Below, piece after piece: positions 1 to 10,370 of a stretch of 64,000 bases of DNA (the stretch's first letter is position 1; every line of letters starts with the position of its first letter). A model generated the notes under the pieces. That model saw only the letters and a program-made list of their open reading frames with translations. It ran no database searches and was not told the origin of the DNA. Source of the DNA: Saccharolobus islandicus REY15A (GTDB taxonomy: Archaea > Thermoproteota > Thermoprotei_A > Sulfolobales > Sulfolobaceae); the NCBI RefSeq assembly GCF_000189555.1, contig NC_017276.1; one strand, written 5' to 3'. The position numbers and the translations under genes were made by a program.

Positions 1-184
1 TTAGATGGAAAAATCTAGGTATAAAGGAAAAGAATCAGCAACTTTCCCAGAATTTTGACATTAATGCCATAGCATATGACAAGGTTACTATGACGTGATT
101 GAGATAATAATTTATCACACAATAAATTCAAGTTTAATATAAGTGAAAAGGCTTAATAGATTTTATTTTAGATAAAAAGACGTA

Positions 185-883
185 ATGGCCAATAAAGTCG
201 TTAAGGCTACCAACGAAGAACTACAACAAGTTTACAACAATATACCAAAAGCCTATGATAGGGCTAATAGATTTATTTCCTTTAATCAAGATGTGAAGTG
301 GAGAGCAGATCTGGTTAAGACCATACTCAAGTTCTGTGAAAGACCTAAATTAGTTTTAGATGTAGCAGGTGGAAAAGGTGAACTCTCATATACGTTTAAG
401 AAAGTTTTCAAGGGAAATGCTAAATATGAGATCATATTGTCTGACTATGCCGAAAACATGCTTAAAATGGCGCTAATAGAAGACGACAAGGTACTTTGCT
501 CCTTTGACGCGTTACCATTTAGGGAAAAAATGTTTGATGTCGTAATGAGTAGTTTCGCCTTACATGCAGCTGACAATATAGAGGATGTGATAAGGGAAAT
601 TACTAGAGTTTCAAGAAAAATTGTGGGATTTATAGCCATGGGCAAACCAGACAGTTGGATAAAAAGAGTCTATTTGAGCATCTACCTAAGATATATTATG
701 CCATATATCGCAGCCCTAGCTGGAGCCAAGTCGAGGGACTTCAAATACATTTATTACATTTATGAAAGAGTACCTACTAATTCTTTCCATAAGAAGATCT
801 TTGAGAAATACATTGATATTAAAGTATACGAGGAGAGGGGACTAAATTTATTCTATTTCGTGGTAGGGTTTCCTAAAGGGTGA
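185..883 (+). CDS. Class I SAM-dependent methyltransferase, UbiE/COQ5-like
   Basis: 232-aa ORF with SAM motif [11 protein letters not shown], UbiE-type N-terminus ([17 protein letters not shown]) and FDALPF..FDVV motif. Confidence 0.8.
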   Translation: MANKVVKATNEELQQVYNNIPKAYDRANRFISFNQDVKWRADLVKTILKFCERPKLVLDVAGGKGELSYTFKKVFKGNAKYEIILSDYAENMLKMALIEDDKVLCSFDALPFREKMFDVVMSSFALHAADNIEDVIREITRVSRKIVGFIAMGKPDSWIKRVYLSIYLRYIMPYIAALAGAKSRDFKYIYYIYERVPTNSFHKKIFEKYIDIKVYEERGLNLFYFVVGFPKG

Positions 884-999
884 TTTTGTACAAAACCAAC
901 TAATAAGATGTAGATGTATTTTGTATGACCATCAAAAATAAACGTAACGCTATGAACCAGTAGTAAATCTTTTTTAGTAATTATAACAAATGAATAATT

Positions 1000-1803
1000 G
1001 TGTCAAGTGACATTGTAGAGAGATTAAAGAACGATCCTGAATTCATAAAGAAAGTTGCAGAAGCAGTAGCCAATAATATAATCGTGAGTAAGCTAGAAGA
1101 GATTGACAAGAAGATTAACTACTTGATGGATCAGAACAAGTTAATTTGGGAGAAATTCCTAAACCAAGACCAAAAATTCAACAAAATATTAGAAGATATG
1201 AAGAAGGAAGATGAGAGACATAATGCGGAAATGGAAAGGTTAGATAGAAGAATTGACGAAACCATTAACATGTTTAAAAAGGAGGTTACGGATTTAAGAG
1301 AAGAAGTTACGGGAGTAAAAAGGGAAACTATGAGCCTAAGACAAGAGGTTACGAATCTGAGAAACGACGTTAAGGACATGAAAAAGGATATTAGACTGAT
1401 AAAAAAAGACATTAGAGATATAAAGAGGACTATTGAGGGATTAAGCATATCTATAGAAGATGAGGCAATAGACTTCTTGACCTATAAGCTTAAAAAGGAA
1501 TATAACATTACCGCAATAGTCCAGTCTTTAGAAATTCCCAAGGTGGTTGAGATTGATCTATATGCTGAGCATAACGATTACGTATTTGTAGGGGAAGTTA
1601 AGATGAGGGCTGGGGTTAAGGCTATTACCCAATTGGAAAATGCTATTGAGAAACTATTAAAGGTGAAACCTGAATTAAGTAAAAAGAAGGTTATTCCAAT
1701 AATTTATGCTAAGAGAGTTACATTTGAATTAATTGATGAATGTAAGAAAAGAGGAATATACTTGACCAATGGAATATCGGACATAACACCACTTGTTTTA
1801 TAA
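1000..1803 (+). CDS. Coiled-coil protein with C-terminal PD-(D/E)XK nuclease-like domain
   Basis: Heptad repeats EVTDLRE/EVTGVKR/ETMSLRQ/EVTNLRN/DVKDMKK/DIRLIKK/DIRDIKR followed by EIDLYAE...VGEVK. Confidence 0.65.
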   Translation: MSSDIVERLKNDPEFIKKVAEAVANNIIVSKLEEIDKKINYLMDQNKLIWEKFLNQDQKFNKILEDMKKEDERHNAEMERLDRRIDETINMFKKEVTDLREEVTGVKRETMSLRQEVTNLRNDVKDMKKDIRLIKKDIRDIKRTIEGLSISIEDEAIDFLTYKLKKEYNITAIVQSLEIPKVVEIDLYAEHNDYVFVGEVKMRAGVKAITQLENAIEKLLKVKPELSKKKVIPIIYAKRVTFELIDECKKRGIYLTNGISDITPLVL

Positions 1804-1824
1804 ACTATAAAGAGTTGTTGAAAA

Positions 1825-3165
1825 TTATCTCCTTTTCGTAAAACTAATTACACCTAGCAATATGCCGCTAACTAGAGAAGCTAAACCTATCAGCGAGCTT
1901 GGGTAACTGTAGGGTACAACGTAACTATAGACACCATAACCCATCAAAATAACTGCTGCTATAGCTAATAATACATCCCAAGCTTGTAGTCTTGAAATCT
2001 TATTTATAAATGATGGAAAAACTCCAGATACTATTACATGTGAAGCGTAAAGAGTTACTAGGGAGATCTCGGTTGTAATGCTGTAAACGTTTAGATATTG
2101 CCCCGTGAGTGACGCTATTAAATTGACTAAGGTAAATGGTACTGCTACTATAAATATTGATTTTAGCATATCTTTTCTTATTAATGAATATGAAAGTCTG
2201 GAAAGTGCGACATAAGCTGCTAATACTGAGCCAATTAGACTGTTTGCTGTGAATATGAAAAATACTAAGGAAAACGTGTTACCCATAAACTTCTTGGCAA
2301 TGTAAAACCCAGGGTAATTCGTAATGTTAAGTAAATTGGTTATACCCACATTTGAATAACCCGCAGCAGCTATTTCGAAATACGCTGCGAACAAAACCGC
2401 AATTGCCGCTATCCAGTATGCGATAAGATAACTTTTTCCCACAGTCTTCCCTTTCCCTATTGCCTCATAGCCTAAGAAGAACGACGCACCACCTCCGGCT
2501 AGGGTGAAACCGACTCCTAAAGCTCCTTGAAAGAAATCCGATATTGGTACTTTAAGTGCTAACGGCTCTATTGATAATCCAGTAACGCTTAGAACCTTTA
2601 TACCTAATATTAGAATAAGAATTACCTCTATACTAGATGTTGCTAGAGCGTAAAATAGGGGTGGCTTAATTCCAGCTAGCAAAAACAGAGTTAGAATTAT
2701 TGGTATTAAGACCTCAATGAGAGCTATTGTAATTGGAGTTAAGCTGAACTCAGAAGGTAAAACTACGCTAGCAAGATAAGTCGTAGCAGATGGTAAGTAG
2801 ATCATGTAACTTATCCAGTAAAGCCAACCAGCAATTCTACCAGTTAACTCTCCACCTCCAACTCTTGCAAACTCATATGTACCACCAGTAGAGGCTATTA
2901 CTTTGGAATATCTGTAACCTATTACAACCCAAAGGAAATAGATTAATGAACCTAGTATTCCCGCTATGACCGTGGACGAAATGGAATAGGATAAGGCGTA
3001 AGTTAAGTAGGCTGAGGCAGAACCCAAAGGTGCAATTGACGCCAATGATTGTGCGTAAACTAGAATTGGTGGGATAGTATTCTCCTTAGGTTCGAGCTTC
3101 TTGGATAGACTATCCATACATATTCCTCTTATGAGCATCCTATTAAGAGTTACTTGTGAAGCCAT
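1825..3165 (-). CDS. APC-family amino acid permease
   Basis: About 12 TM helices, QSLASIAPLGS and GGTYEF motifs. Start uncertain: ATG 3165 fits a TATA-like tract near 3190; ATG 3117 is also possible. Confidence 0.8.
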   Translation of the reverse strand: MASQVTLNRMLIRGICMDSLSKKLEPKENTIPPILVYAQSLASIAPLGSASAYLTYALSYSISSTVIAGILGSLIYFLWVVIGYRYSKVIASTGGTYEFARVGGGELTGRIAGWLYWISYMIYLPSATTYLASVVLPSEFSLTPITIALIEVLIPIILTLFLLAGIKPPLFYALATSSIEVILILILGIKVLSVTGLSIEPLALKVPISDFFQGALGVGFTLAGGGASFFLGYEAIGKGKTVGKSYLIAYWIAAIAVLFAAYFEIAAAGYSNVGITNLLNITNYPGFYIAKKFMGNTFSLVFFIFTANSLIGSVLAAYVALSRLSYSLIRKDMLKSIFIVAVPFTLVNLIASLTGQYLNVYSITTEISLVTLYASHVIVSGVFPSFINKISRLQAWDVLLAIAAVILMGYGVYSYVVPYSYPSSLIGLASLVSGILLGVISFTKRR

Positions 3166-3249
3166 GTGTAAAAGATTTAATTTTTGTTTATATTTAAACA
3201 TACTGGACTTATATATTTCAAAAGGAAAGTATATATTGGTGATAAGACG

Positions 3250-3876
3250 GTGTTTATAGATAATTTGGGTTTAATGTTATTTATATTGCCGTTAGTATCA
3301 GTGTTAATAGCTTATACTACAATTCAAGCTTTCATAGGATTTAGAAAAAGCGGTTATGAGGCAATAAAAAGAAGCCTTGACGATTCCATACTTCCCGCTG
3401 CGATTTTGGGTATAATAATCATAATACTCAGCCTATGGGGAGAATTCACTTGGACATTACCGGGTAGTTATAATATATTATTTTATGACGTATACCTATT
3501 ACTTGGTATAACGATCCTCTCCTATTCAATTGCTGTATACATAGGAAAGAGATTACAAAGTACTGGAATATTCTCGTTATTCGTAGGCTTAATAACTATT
3601 TACTACGGTGTTTCTGGTTATAATTTAGGACTTACTAAGGAACCGTTGGCATTATTAGCACTATACGTTACTTACGGAATAGCTGGTATTTTAGGATATC
3701 CAGTAACCTTAGCGTTAGATAAGCTTAGAGATCAACAAGGAGTTAAGGATCCAAAGCTAGAAGGATGGATGTACGCTTTTTTCCTATTATTTTGGATATT
3801 TGTTGTGATTGCGGGAATTATAGGCGCGTTCATCGCTGTTGAGACTATCCCGGCCCATCTAGCACATCCTCCATAA
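3250..3876 (+). CDS. DUF981-like membrane protein
   Basis: Multi-TM ORF, likely GTG start at 3250 (VFIDNLGLM), with SYNILFYDVY motif recalled from DUF981 proteins. Confidence 0.6.
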   Translation: MFIDNLGLMLFILPLVSVLIAYTTIQAFIGFRKSGYEAIKRSLDDSILPAAILGIIIIILSLWGEFTWTLPGSYNILFYDVYLLLGITILSYSIAVYIGKRLQSTGIFSLFVGLITIYYGVSGYNLGLTKEPLALLALYVTYGIAGILGYPVTLALDKLRDQQGVKDPKLEGWMYAFFLLFWIFVVIAGIIGAFIAVETIPAHLAHPP

Positions 3877-3988
3877 AAGGTATTTTTCTTTAATCTTTTT
3901 TATCGGTACCGGAAAACTTCTAATTTGCGAGAGAAGATTAAGTCCAACATGTAGAAAGATATATTAGAAATCCTTGTAAAAGGATAAT

Positions 3989-5971
3989 ATGAGCGATCTG
4001 AACTACTTGTTTAAGCCTAGAAGCATTGCAGTTGTTGGTGCGTCAAGGTATAAGGAGAAAGTTGGGAATGTTATATTCAGAAATTTACTCTCCACATTTC
4101 ATGGTAAACTATACCCAGTTAACGCTAAGGCTGAAGACGTTGAAGGAGTAAGAGCCTTTAAGAGCGTAAAGGAAATCCCAGACGATATTGACCTAGGCAT
4201 AATTACTGTTCCAAGAGAGATTGTTCCTCAAGTAATGGAGGAATTAGTAGAAAAAGGAGTAAGAGCTTCCATAGTTATAACTGCAGGATTTAGAGAGGTT
4301 GGAGAGGAAAAATTGGAAAATGAGGTAATAGGCATTGCACGAAAAGGAGGGATTAGGGTTCTAGGACCAAACACCTTTGGGATTATTACACCAGAATTTA
4401 ATGCAACATTTACTTATACCGATGTAAAGAGGGGAAACATTGGCCTAGTAGTTCAAAGTGGTGGGCTAGGAGTTTACATGCTAAACTGGGCTCAGAAGTA
4501 TAGGATAGGGATAAGTTACATGGTTAGTTTAGGTAATCAGGCTGATGTAAAGGAATATGAAGTTATTAACTACTTATCTAGGGATGCTGAGACAAGGGCA
4601 ATATTCGTTTATTTGGAAGGAGTTTCAGATGGAAACGCCTTTCTTGAGACTCTACCAGAGGCAACCAGAAGAAAACCGGTAGTATTTTTGAAAGGAGGGG
4701 TTACCAATAGTGGGGCATCAGCTGCTAAAACTCACACTGGTAGTTTAGCTGGATCATTTGAGGTGTTTAAGGCTGCAGTTAAGACGGTTGGTGGGATTTT
4801 AGTGGAGAATCTTCATGACATGTTGAACTTGGCTAAGATATTAATGTACTCTGAACCGATAAGTGAAGAAATCCTGGTTATAACTAATTCTGGTGGACAT
4901 GGCGTATTAGTTTCGGATGAGATAGATAGAAACAAGCTAAGGCTTGTGGAAATTCCAGAATGGATGAAGAAGGAACTAACTAAAATACTCCCACCAACAT
5001 CCCTTCCTAAAAATCCCCTAGACCTAACTGGAGATGCCGATAAGGAGAGATATTATAATGCGCTAAAAATAGTTAGCAATTTAGATTGTACTAAATTGAT
5101 AATAGTACAATCGTTACCCATGGTGAGTTGTAGTGACGTTGCTAGAACTGTGTCGAATTTTAAAGGAAAAGGAGTAATTGGCGTAACCATGGGCCTAGAT
5201 GAGGATATGGCGTTAAAAATATTGGAGACAACTGGTATTCCAGGCTATACTTTTCCGGAAGATGCGGTAAAGGCAATTAGATATTACACTTCTAGACCAA
5301 CACCCAGAAGAAAGATAAGGACTATACAGCCAATTGAGGCTGCCTTAGAGTTGGTTAAGGGGAAGAAGACTCTTAAGGATTTTGAGGCCTTAAAACTTAT
5401 GGAAATTTACGGGATTAGGACTCCAAAATGGGGACTAGCAACAAATGAGAATGAGGCACAAAACGTTGCAGATAACATAGGTTTTCCAGTTGTAATGAAG
5501 ATATCTCCAGATACACCAGTTCATAAAACAGAAATGAAAGGTGTTGTAGTAAACGTTGAGAAAGAAGACGTTAAGAAGGTTTACAGCGAGTTGTCAAAGA
5601 TAACTAGTAGAGTGTTAATTCAACAGCAGTTAAATGGATTGGAAATATTTGTGGGAGGTTTAAAGGATCCGGCGTTTGGCCACGTTGTGTTAGTAGGCAG
5701 CGGCGGAATCTACGTTGAAGTACTCAAGAACGTAGCCTATGCGCTTTCACCAGTTTATGAGGACGAGGCACAAGAGTTATTAGTAGAAAGTAAGATTCAC
5801 GACATGCTGTATGCACGAAAGAGGGGATATGATGAGAACTCGTTAATAAGGACAATTACCAGAGTGTCAAGAATGATAGTTGATTTGAACGTAAAGGAAA
5901 TGGATATCAATCCACTATTTGTCAATGAAAACGGGGCATTTGCGGTAGATGTGAGGATAGCTTTAGAGTAA
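3989..5971 (+). CDS. ADP-forming acetate/acyl-CoA ligase, fused alpha+beta
   Basis: PRSIAVVGAS CoA-binding fold, GPNTFG, HTGSLAG phospho-His motif, C-terminal ATP-grasp (HKTE, DINPL). Confidence 0.9.
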   Translation: MSDLNYLFKPRSIAVVGASRYKEKVGNVIFRNLLSTFHGKLYPVNAKAEDVEGVRAFKSVKEIPDDIDLGIITVPREIVPQVMEELVEKGVRASIVITAGFREVGEEKLENEVIGIARKGGIRVLGPNTFGIITPEFNATFTYTDVKRGNIGLVVQSGGLGVYMLNWAQKYRIGISYMVSLGNQADVKEYEVINYLSRDAETRAIFVYLEGVSDGNAFLETLPEATRRKPVVFLKGGVTNSGASAAKTHTGSLAGSFEVFKAAVKTVGGILVENLHDMLNLAKILMYSEPISEEILVITNSGGHGVLVSDEIDRNKLRLVEIPEWMKKELTKILPPTSLPKNPLDLTGDADKERYYNALKIVSNLDCTKLIIVQSLPMVSCSDVARTVSNFKGKGVIGVTMGLDEDMALKILETTGIPGYTFPEDAVKAIRYYTSRPTPRRKIRTIQPIEAALELVKGKKTLKDFEALKLMEIYGIRTPKWGLATNENEAQNVADNIGFPVVMKISPDTPVHKTEMKGVVVNVEKEDVKKVYSELSKITSRVLIQQQLNGLEIFVGGLKDPAFGHVVLVGSGGIYVEVLKNVAYALSPVYEDEAQELLVESKIHDMLYARKRGYDENSLIRTITRVSRMIVDLNVKEMDINPLFVNENGAFAVDVRIALE

Positions 5972-6027
5972 TTTTCATAAAAACTTTTTTAACAAGAGTT
6001 TATTTTCATGAAAACGAATAGATAATT

Positions 6028-6558
6028 ATGGATGGAAAATCTTTGCTTCAAGGTAATATAATTAGTTTGATTGCCTCACTTATCATATTATATGGACTAA
6101 TTCTCCTATTAGAGAACGGTATTTATTTTGCCTTATCTAAAGTTTTTCTAATCCTTATGACTTTCGTATGGATATTAGCAGTACCGTCTTATCTCAGCTA
6201 TCGGAGAAGTGGATTAAAAAAACAGTGGATCTTGAATTATTTTGCAATTCTTGCAATAATAATAACGTTTATAGGGATGATTATTGCATATACGGGAAAT
6301 TTCTTGGGAGTAGAAATTATAGTATTAGGATATATATTTGAACCAATAGCTGGAATATCAATATATTTAACAACGTTAGGTTTTTCCAAAACATACTCCT
6401 CCTTATTCTTCTGGGGTGCAGTAGTGTTTACCATCGGATTGCCTTTATATCTGAGTAGTTTGGGGATAGTCGCGATAATAGGAGATATAGTAAAAATGAT
6501 AGGAATAGTAGGGTTGATGATGATAGCCAGAAAGACTTATCTAGCAAAACCAAGTTAG
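6028..6558 (+). CDS. Hypothetical membrane protein
   Basis: 176-aa ORF with about 6 hydrophobic segments; no recognisable motif. Confidence 0.6.
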   Translation: MDGKSLLQGNIISLIASLIILYGLILLLENGIYFALSKVFLILMTFVWILAVPSYLSYRRSGLKKQWILNYFAILAIIITFIGMIIAYTGNFLGVEIIVLGYIFEPIAGISIYLTTLGFSKTYSSLFFWGAVVFTIGLPLYLSSLGIVAIIGDIVKMIGIVGLMMIARKTYLAKPS

Positions 6559-6610
6559 GGCGAATAAAAAGAAGATTATATTATTGCTTTATACTATTTA
6601 CCCGTTAGAG

Positions 6611-6931
<321 letters not shown>

Positions 6932-6973
6932 TCACCAATTTGCACTATATGATAAAACGTTAAAATAAAACTC

Positions 6974-6989
6974 GCCTAATGTTTTAGGC
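6974..6989. promoter_or_regulatory. Palindrome GCCTAA-N4-TTAGGC in divergent zfx / ORF7074 promoter region
   Basis: Perfect 6-4-6 inverted repeat; same core recurs at 7988-8005. Confidence 0.45.
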
Positions 6990-7073
6990 AATTTTGAGAA
7001 TTTGATTATTTTTGATTAAAATATAAGGGATATCTCTTATTTTGTCAATAAACAAATATTACCTTGGGGAAAA

Positions 7074-7526
7074 ATGATAGCCCTCCAAAAGATAAGGGAA
7101 GAGGAAGAGAAGGAAAAAGAAATTAAGAGAAAATTAGGAATAGCTAAGACGATCGAATTGCCTATAGGAGGTTCCATATTTTATTTTGATATTCCAGATC
7201 ATCCAATGGTTTACGTTAGTGAGACGAATGGGGTTATGTATATAAACGGATCAGCCTATTGGGAACCTCAACTCCTTATGTTGAAAGACCTGACTAACGA
7301 ATTCTTAAATCAAACCATAGAGTTAGCAAAGGCCATCGGTAAAACCATAACTAAGATTGATGACATTCAGCTGGGATTGGATGAGAGGAAAAATGTTGAG
7401 AAGAGAAAATTTTATGTTTTAATTGGAGATAACATAGAGATTGGCTTCTATTATAACCTTTATTCACCCGATGGAAAGAGAAATGGTATAGTAGAGATGA
7501 TACCTTACTACAAGCAGTATAAATAA
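7074..7526 (+). CDS. Hypothetical soluble protein
   Basis: 150-aa ORF with typical codon usage, first gene of a same-strand run; no motif recognised. Confidence 0.65.
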   Translation: MIALQKIREEEEKEKEIKRKLGIAKTIELPIGGSIFYFDIPDHPMVYVSETNGVMYINGSAYWEPQLLMLKDLTNEFLNQTIELAKAIGKTITKIDDIQLGLDERKNVEKRKFYVLIGDNIEIGFYYNLYSPDGKRNGIVEMIPYYKQYK

Positions 7527-7553
7527 TAAGGCATATACGTTGATGATAATAAT

Positions 7554-7994
7554 ATGATATCACTTATTTTAACATTAGACCATAGGAGACTTGAGGGTTT
7601 GGTAGAGGATTTTTTAGCAAATCCTAGTCTTTCTCTTTATACCATGATGTGGAAAGCGTATACTAATCATATTTATTGGGAAGAGGAAATTCTCTTTAAA
7701 AAGATTACAGATACTTCTTTTCTTGCCATCATAAGAAGCTTGGAGATAGAGCATGGAAGCATGTGGATCTTATTAAAACAAACGGAGGAGTTATTGAAAT
7801 CTAATGAGATTGAAGGAGCGAAAGATAAAATAAGGGAGTTTATGAGAGTACTTTTAGAACACGATGGTGCTGAAGAGGGGAGTGTGTATCAGTTTCTTGA
7901 ATCATTATCCGATGAGGAACAAGCTAAGTTAGTCTTGGAAGATATAGAGTTAGCGGAACCACCTAGTGATTGGAAATGTCACGCAATCACCTAA
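7554..7994 (+). CDS. Hemerythrin/HHE cation-binding domain protein
   Basis: DHRRLE, HIYWEEEILF, EHGSMW and EHDGAEE metal-ligand pattern. Confidence 0.85.
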   Translation: MISLILTLDHRRLEGLVEDFLANPSLSLYTMMWKAYTNHIYWEEEILFKKITDTSFLAIIRSLEIEHGSMWILLKQTEELLKSNEIEGAKDKIREFMRVLLEHDGAEEGSVYQFLESLSDEEQAKLVLEDIELAEPPSDWKCHAIT

Positions 7995-8005
7995 TAGCTT
8001 AGGTG
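7988..8005. promoter_or_regulatory. Palindrome CACCTAA-N4-TTAGGTG upstream of ORF8042
   Basis: Perfect 7-4-7 inverted repeat 37-54 nt upstream of the ATG at 8042; overlaps the hemerythrin stop codon. Confidence 0.45.
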
Positions 8006-8041
8006 TTTCGTATAAATCCTTAGTCTAAAAGCAAGAAACGT

Positions 8042-9085
8042 ATGAGATTACCACTTTTATTGATGATTACGGGAATATTACTGCTTTTACTTGGAGGAGT
8101 ACCAGCAGTATTTGAGTTCATGAGCATGCAAGGGTTCTTCATAGACCCTACGGAGTCATTATTCCCAGCTCACTGGTTTATAATGATATATGGCTTTTTT
8201 GGTGCTTTAATAGGAAACGAAGTATTGGTAGCATTAAGTGTCGAATGGAGTGGAAAAACTGCTGATAATAGGCTAATAGCAGTTTATTTATCGTCTGTGA
8301 TCTTAGGTTCAATTTCATTCCTTTTCCTTAGTCAACAATTGGGACTTATTTTTATCCTACTTAGTATGGGAATCCTCCTTTATCATTCAAAGGAATACTT
8401 AGGTGTATCAAAAATAGGCTTGTTACCTACAACCTACAATTGGTTACTATTTTACTCTATCATGATATCATCTGCTATAGTAGCGTTCCAACTTGGATTG
8501 GGATATACAATACCTTACATAAACCTAATATTCCCTGCTAGCATGATTTTGGCAGTGATGGATAGAGATATCGCCCTTGTAACTGGAGTAAAAATTGCTA
8601 GACATTGGGAAAACGTATTGGCTTTCATACTATTAGCTATTGGGATGGGAATTTACCCTAATGGTAGTATTTTAATGATTTTAGCGTGGATTTTATCGTT
8701 TCACGCTTCTGGGTTATACAGATTTAAGGGAAGGAGGTATCCGATTCTCCACTTGGCCACTGCTTGGATATATCTTTTGATTGCGTCAATATTAGTTTTC
8801 AGTTATGATATATACATCCACGCAATAGCAGTGGGTTTTCTCTTCAACACAGTATTTGGAGTTGATGTAGTACTGATGGATTTATTTGTCAATGCCTTCA
8901 ATAGAAGGATACATGTGAAGCCTTCATATATTCCATTTATCTTGTTAAATGTTGGCTTAATAATGAGGTTCTTGTACGATTTCGGATTATCAATACCAAT
9001 TCTTTTATTGGCCTCTCCATTACAAGGAATTGGAATACTTTCATTTTTTGTATTAACACTTAAACAAGTGGTGATGGCTAAATGA
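8042..9085 (+). CDS. Polytopic membrane protein, NnrS-like (putative NO-response)
   Basis: About 12 TMs with HWFIMIYGFFGALIGNE and HAIAVGFL motifs resembling NnrS / heme-copper-type membrane proteins. Confidence 0.5.
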   Translation: MRLPLLLMITGILLLLLGGVPAVFEFMSMQGFFIDPTESLFPAHWFIMIYGFFGALIGNEVLVALSVEWSGKTADNRLIAVYLSSVILGSISFLFLSQQLGLIFILLSMGILLYHSKEYLGVSKIGLLPTTYNWLLFYSIMISSAIVAFQLGLGYTIPYINLIFPASMILAVMDRDIALVTGVKIARHWENVLAFILLAIGMGIYPNGSILMILAWILSFHASGLYRFKGRRYPILHLATAWIYLLIASILVFSYDIYIHAIAVGFLFNTVFGVDVVLMDLFVNAFNRRIHVKPSYIPFILLNVGLIMRFLYDFGLSIPILLLASPLQGIGILSFFVLTLKQVVMAK

Positions 9086-9810
9086 ATAGAGGTAAAGTTA
9101 GAAATCATGCGTTATATTTCCTAGGAGTACTCACTTATGTAGTTGCTCTACTACCGTTCCTCAGTGTTAATTTAGTAAAGGCATTGGTACTTATTCCAAT
9201 AATAGCTTACACTTTACCTATAATGGAATATTTACAACCTAAAATTATGTCCTTAAAGATAGGATATAAGGACATTCTGTTAATGATACCTCCGATTATC
9301 CCTTATGTATTTCTCCCTTATAACGAGATAAGGATAGTCTACGTTTTGATACCGTTAATGCTAATGTTACTCACATTCACATTATATCTTACAAAATACA
9401 CTATGTGGGGAAACGTAATAGGTACTGCATTTGAAGCATCTATATCGATTGTATGGGGATTATTCATTAATAACCCTCTCTTCCTTATACCATCAATATA
9501 CTGGCTTTTCTACATTTTTACTGGTGCATTATATGTGGAATATAAGATACCATATAGGAAACTAGATAAGAGGGTTGTACAGATAAGTTGGGTTGTCTCA
9601 TTAGTTCTACTAATAGTGCTGAGTTTAAATAACCCAATCACTCTAATAACGTTAATTGAGCCGTCAACTAGATACCTAATACCGGGAGAAAAGCTGAAAT
9701 CTCCTAAGGAAATAAGGGAATTAGGCAAGAGAGGATCAAAGAAGGATATACTCTTTGTAGTGTTGTTAACGATAACTTATACTTTATCAAGAATATTTCT
9801 TACCATCTAG
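9082..9810 (+). CDS. Membrane protein, possibly YwiC-like
   Basis: ATGA overlap with ORF8042; hydrophobic, with W..Y..GALYV and terminal P..KLKS..IRELG patterns reminiscent of YwiC-like proteins. Confidence 0.45.
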   Translation: MNRGKVRNHALYFLGVLTYVVALLPFLSVNLVKALVLIPIIAYTLPIMEYLQPKIMSLKIGYKDILLMIPPIIPYVFLPYNEIRIVYVLIPLMLMLLTFTLYLTKYTMWGNVIGTAFEASISIVWGLFINNPLFLIPSIYWLFYIFTGALYVEYKIPYRKLDKRVVQISWVVSLVLLIVLSLNNPITLITLIEPSTRYLIPGEKLKSPKEIRELGKRGSKKDILFVVLLTITYTLSRIFLTI

Positions 9811-10113
9811 TTTCTATAAGGGAAGTATTTGATCTGAGCAAAACTTTCGCTGTTGTTACCTTTTCCCCACTTTTCCCTAAGCTAAATGACTAAGCATTCT
9901 ACCTTTTGGGTGTCTAACTTGAGCCTAAGTTAAAGCTAATTGTAAATATCAGAGTACTAGTCTATTAGAAAAATTGGATGACTTATAAATACAATCGACA
10001 CTAAATATATTCAGAGAAAGTAAGAAATAACTCGATTAATAGGATAAGAGGTGCAAAATTAAAAAATTTGCATATATAAGAAGTTTTATAAACCTTAAGG
10101 AGAATCTTATATT

Positions 10114-10356
10114 ATGTCTCAAGAGGTTAGGATTGCAAAGACGTTAGATGCTAGGGGGATGTATTGCCCCGGCCCAGTTTTAGAAACTGCAAAGGCAATT
10201 AAGCAAATAAATGTTGGTGAGGTTTTGGAAATACTTGCAACTGATCCTGCTGCGAAACCTGACATTGAAGCGTGGGCTAGGAGAACCGGAAACCAAGTAG
10301 TTGACATACAACAACAAGGAGGAGTAACGAGGATATTAATTAAAAGAATGAAATAG
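10114..10356 (+). CDS. tusA: TusA/SirA-family sulfur carrier
   Basis: LDARGMYCPGPV (CPxP), ATDPAAKPDIEAWA. Confidence 0.9.
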   Translation: MSQEVRIAKTLDARGMYCPGPVLETAKAIKQINVGEVLEILATDPAAKPDIEAWARRTGNQVVDIQQQGGVTRILIKRMK

Positions 10357-10370
10357 TTAGGAGTAACTAA

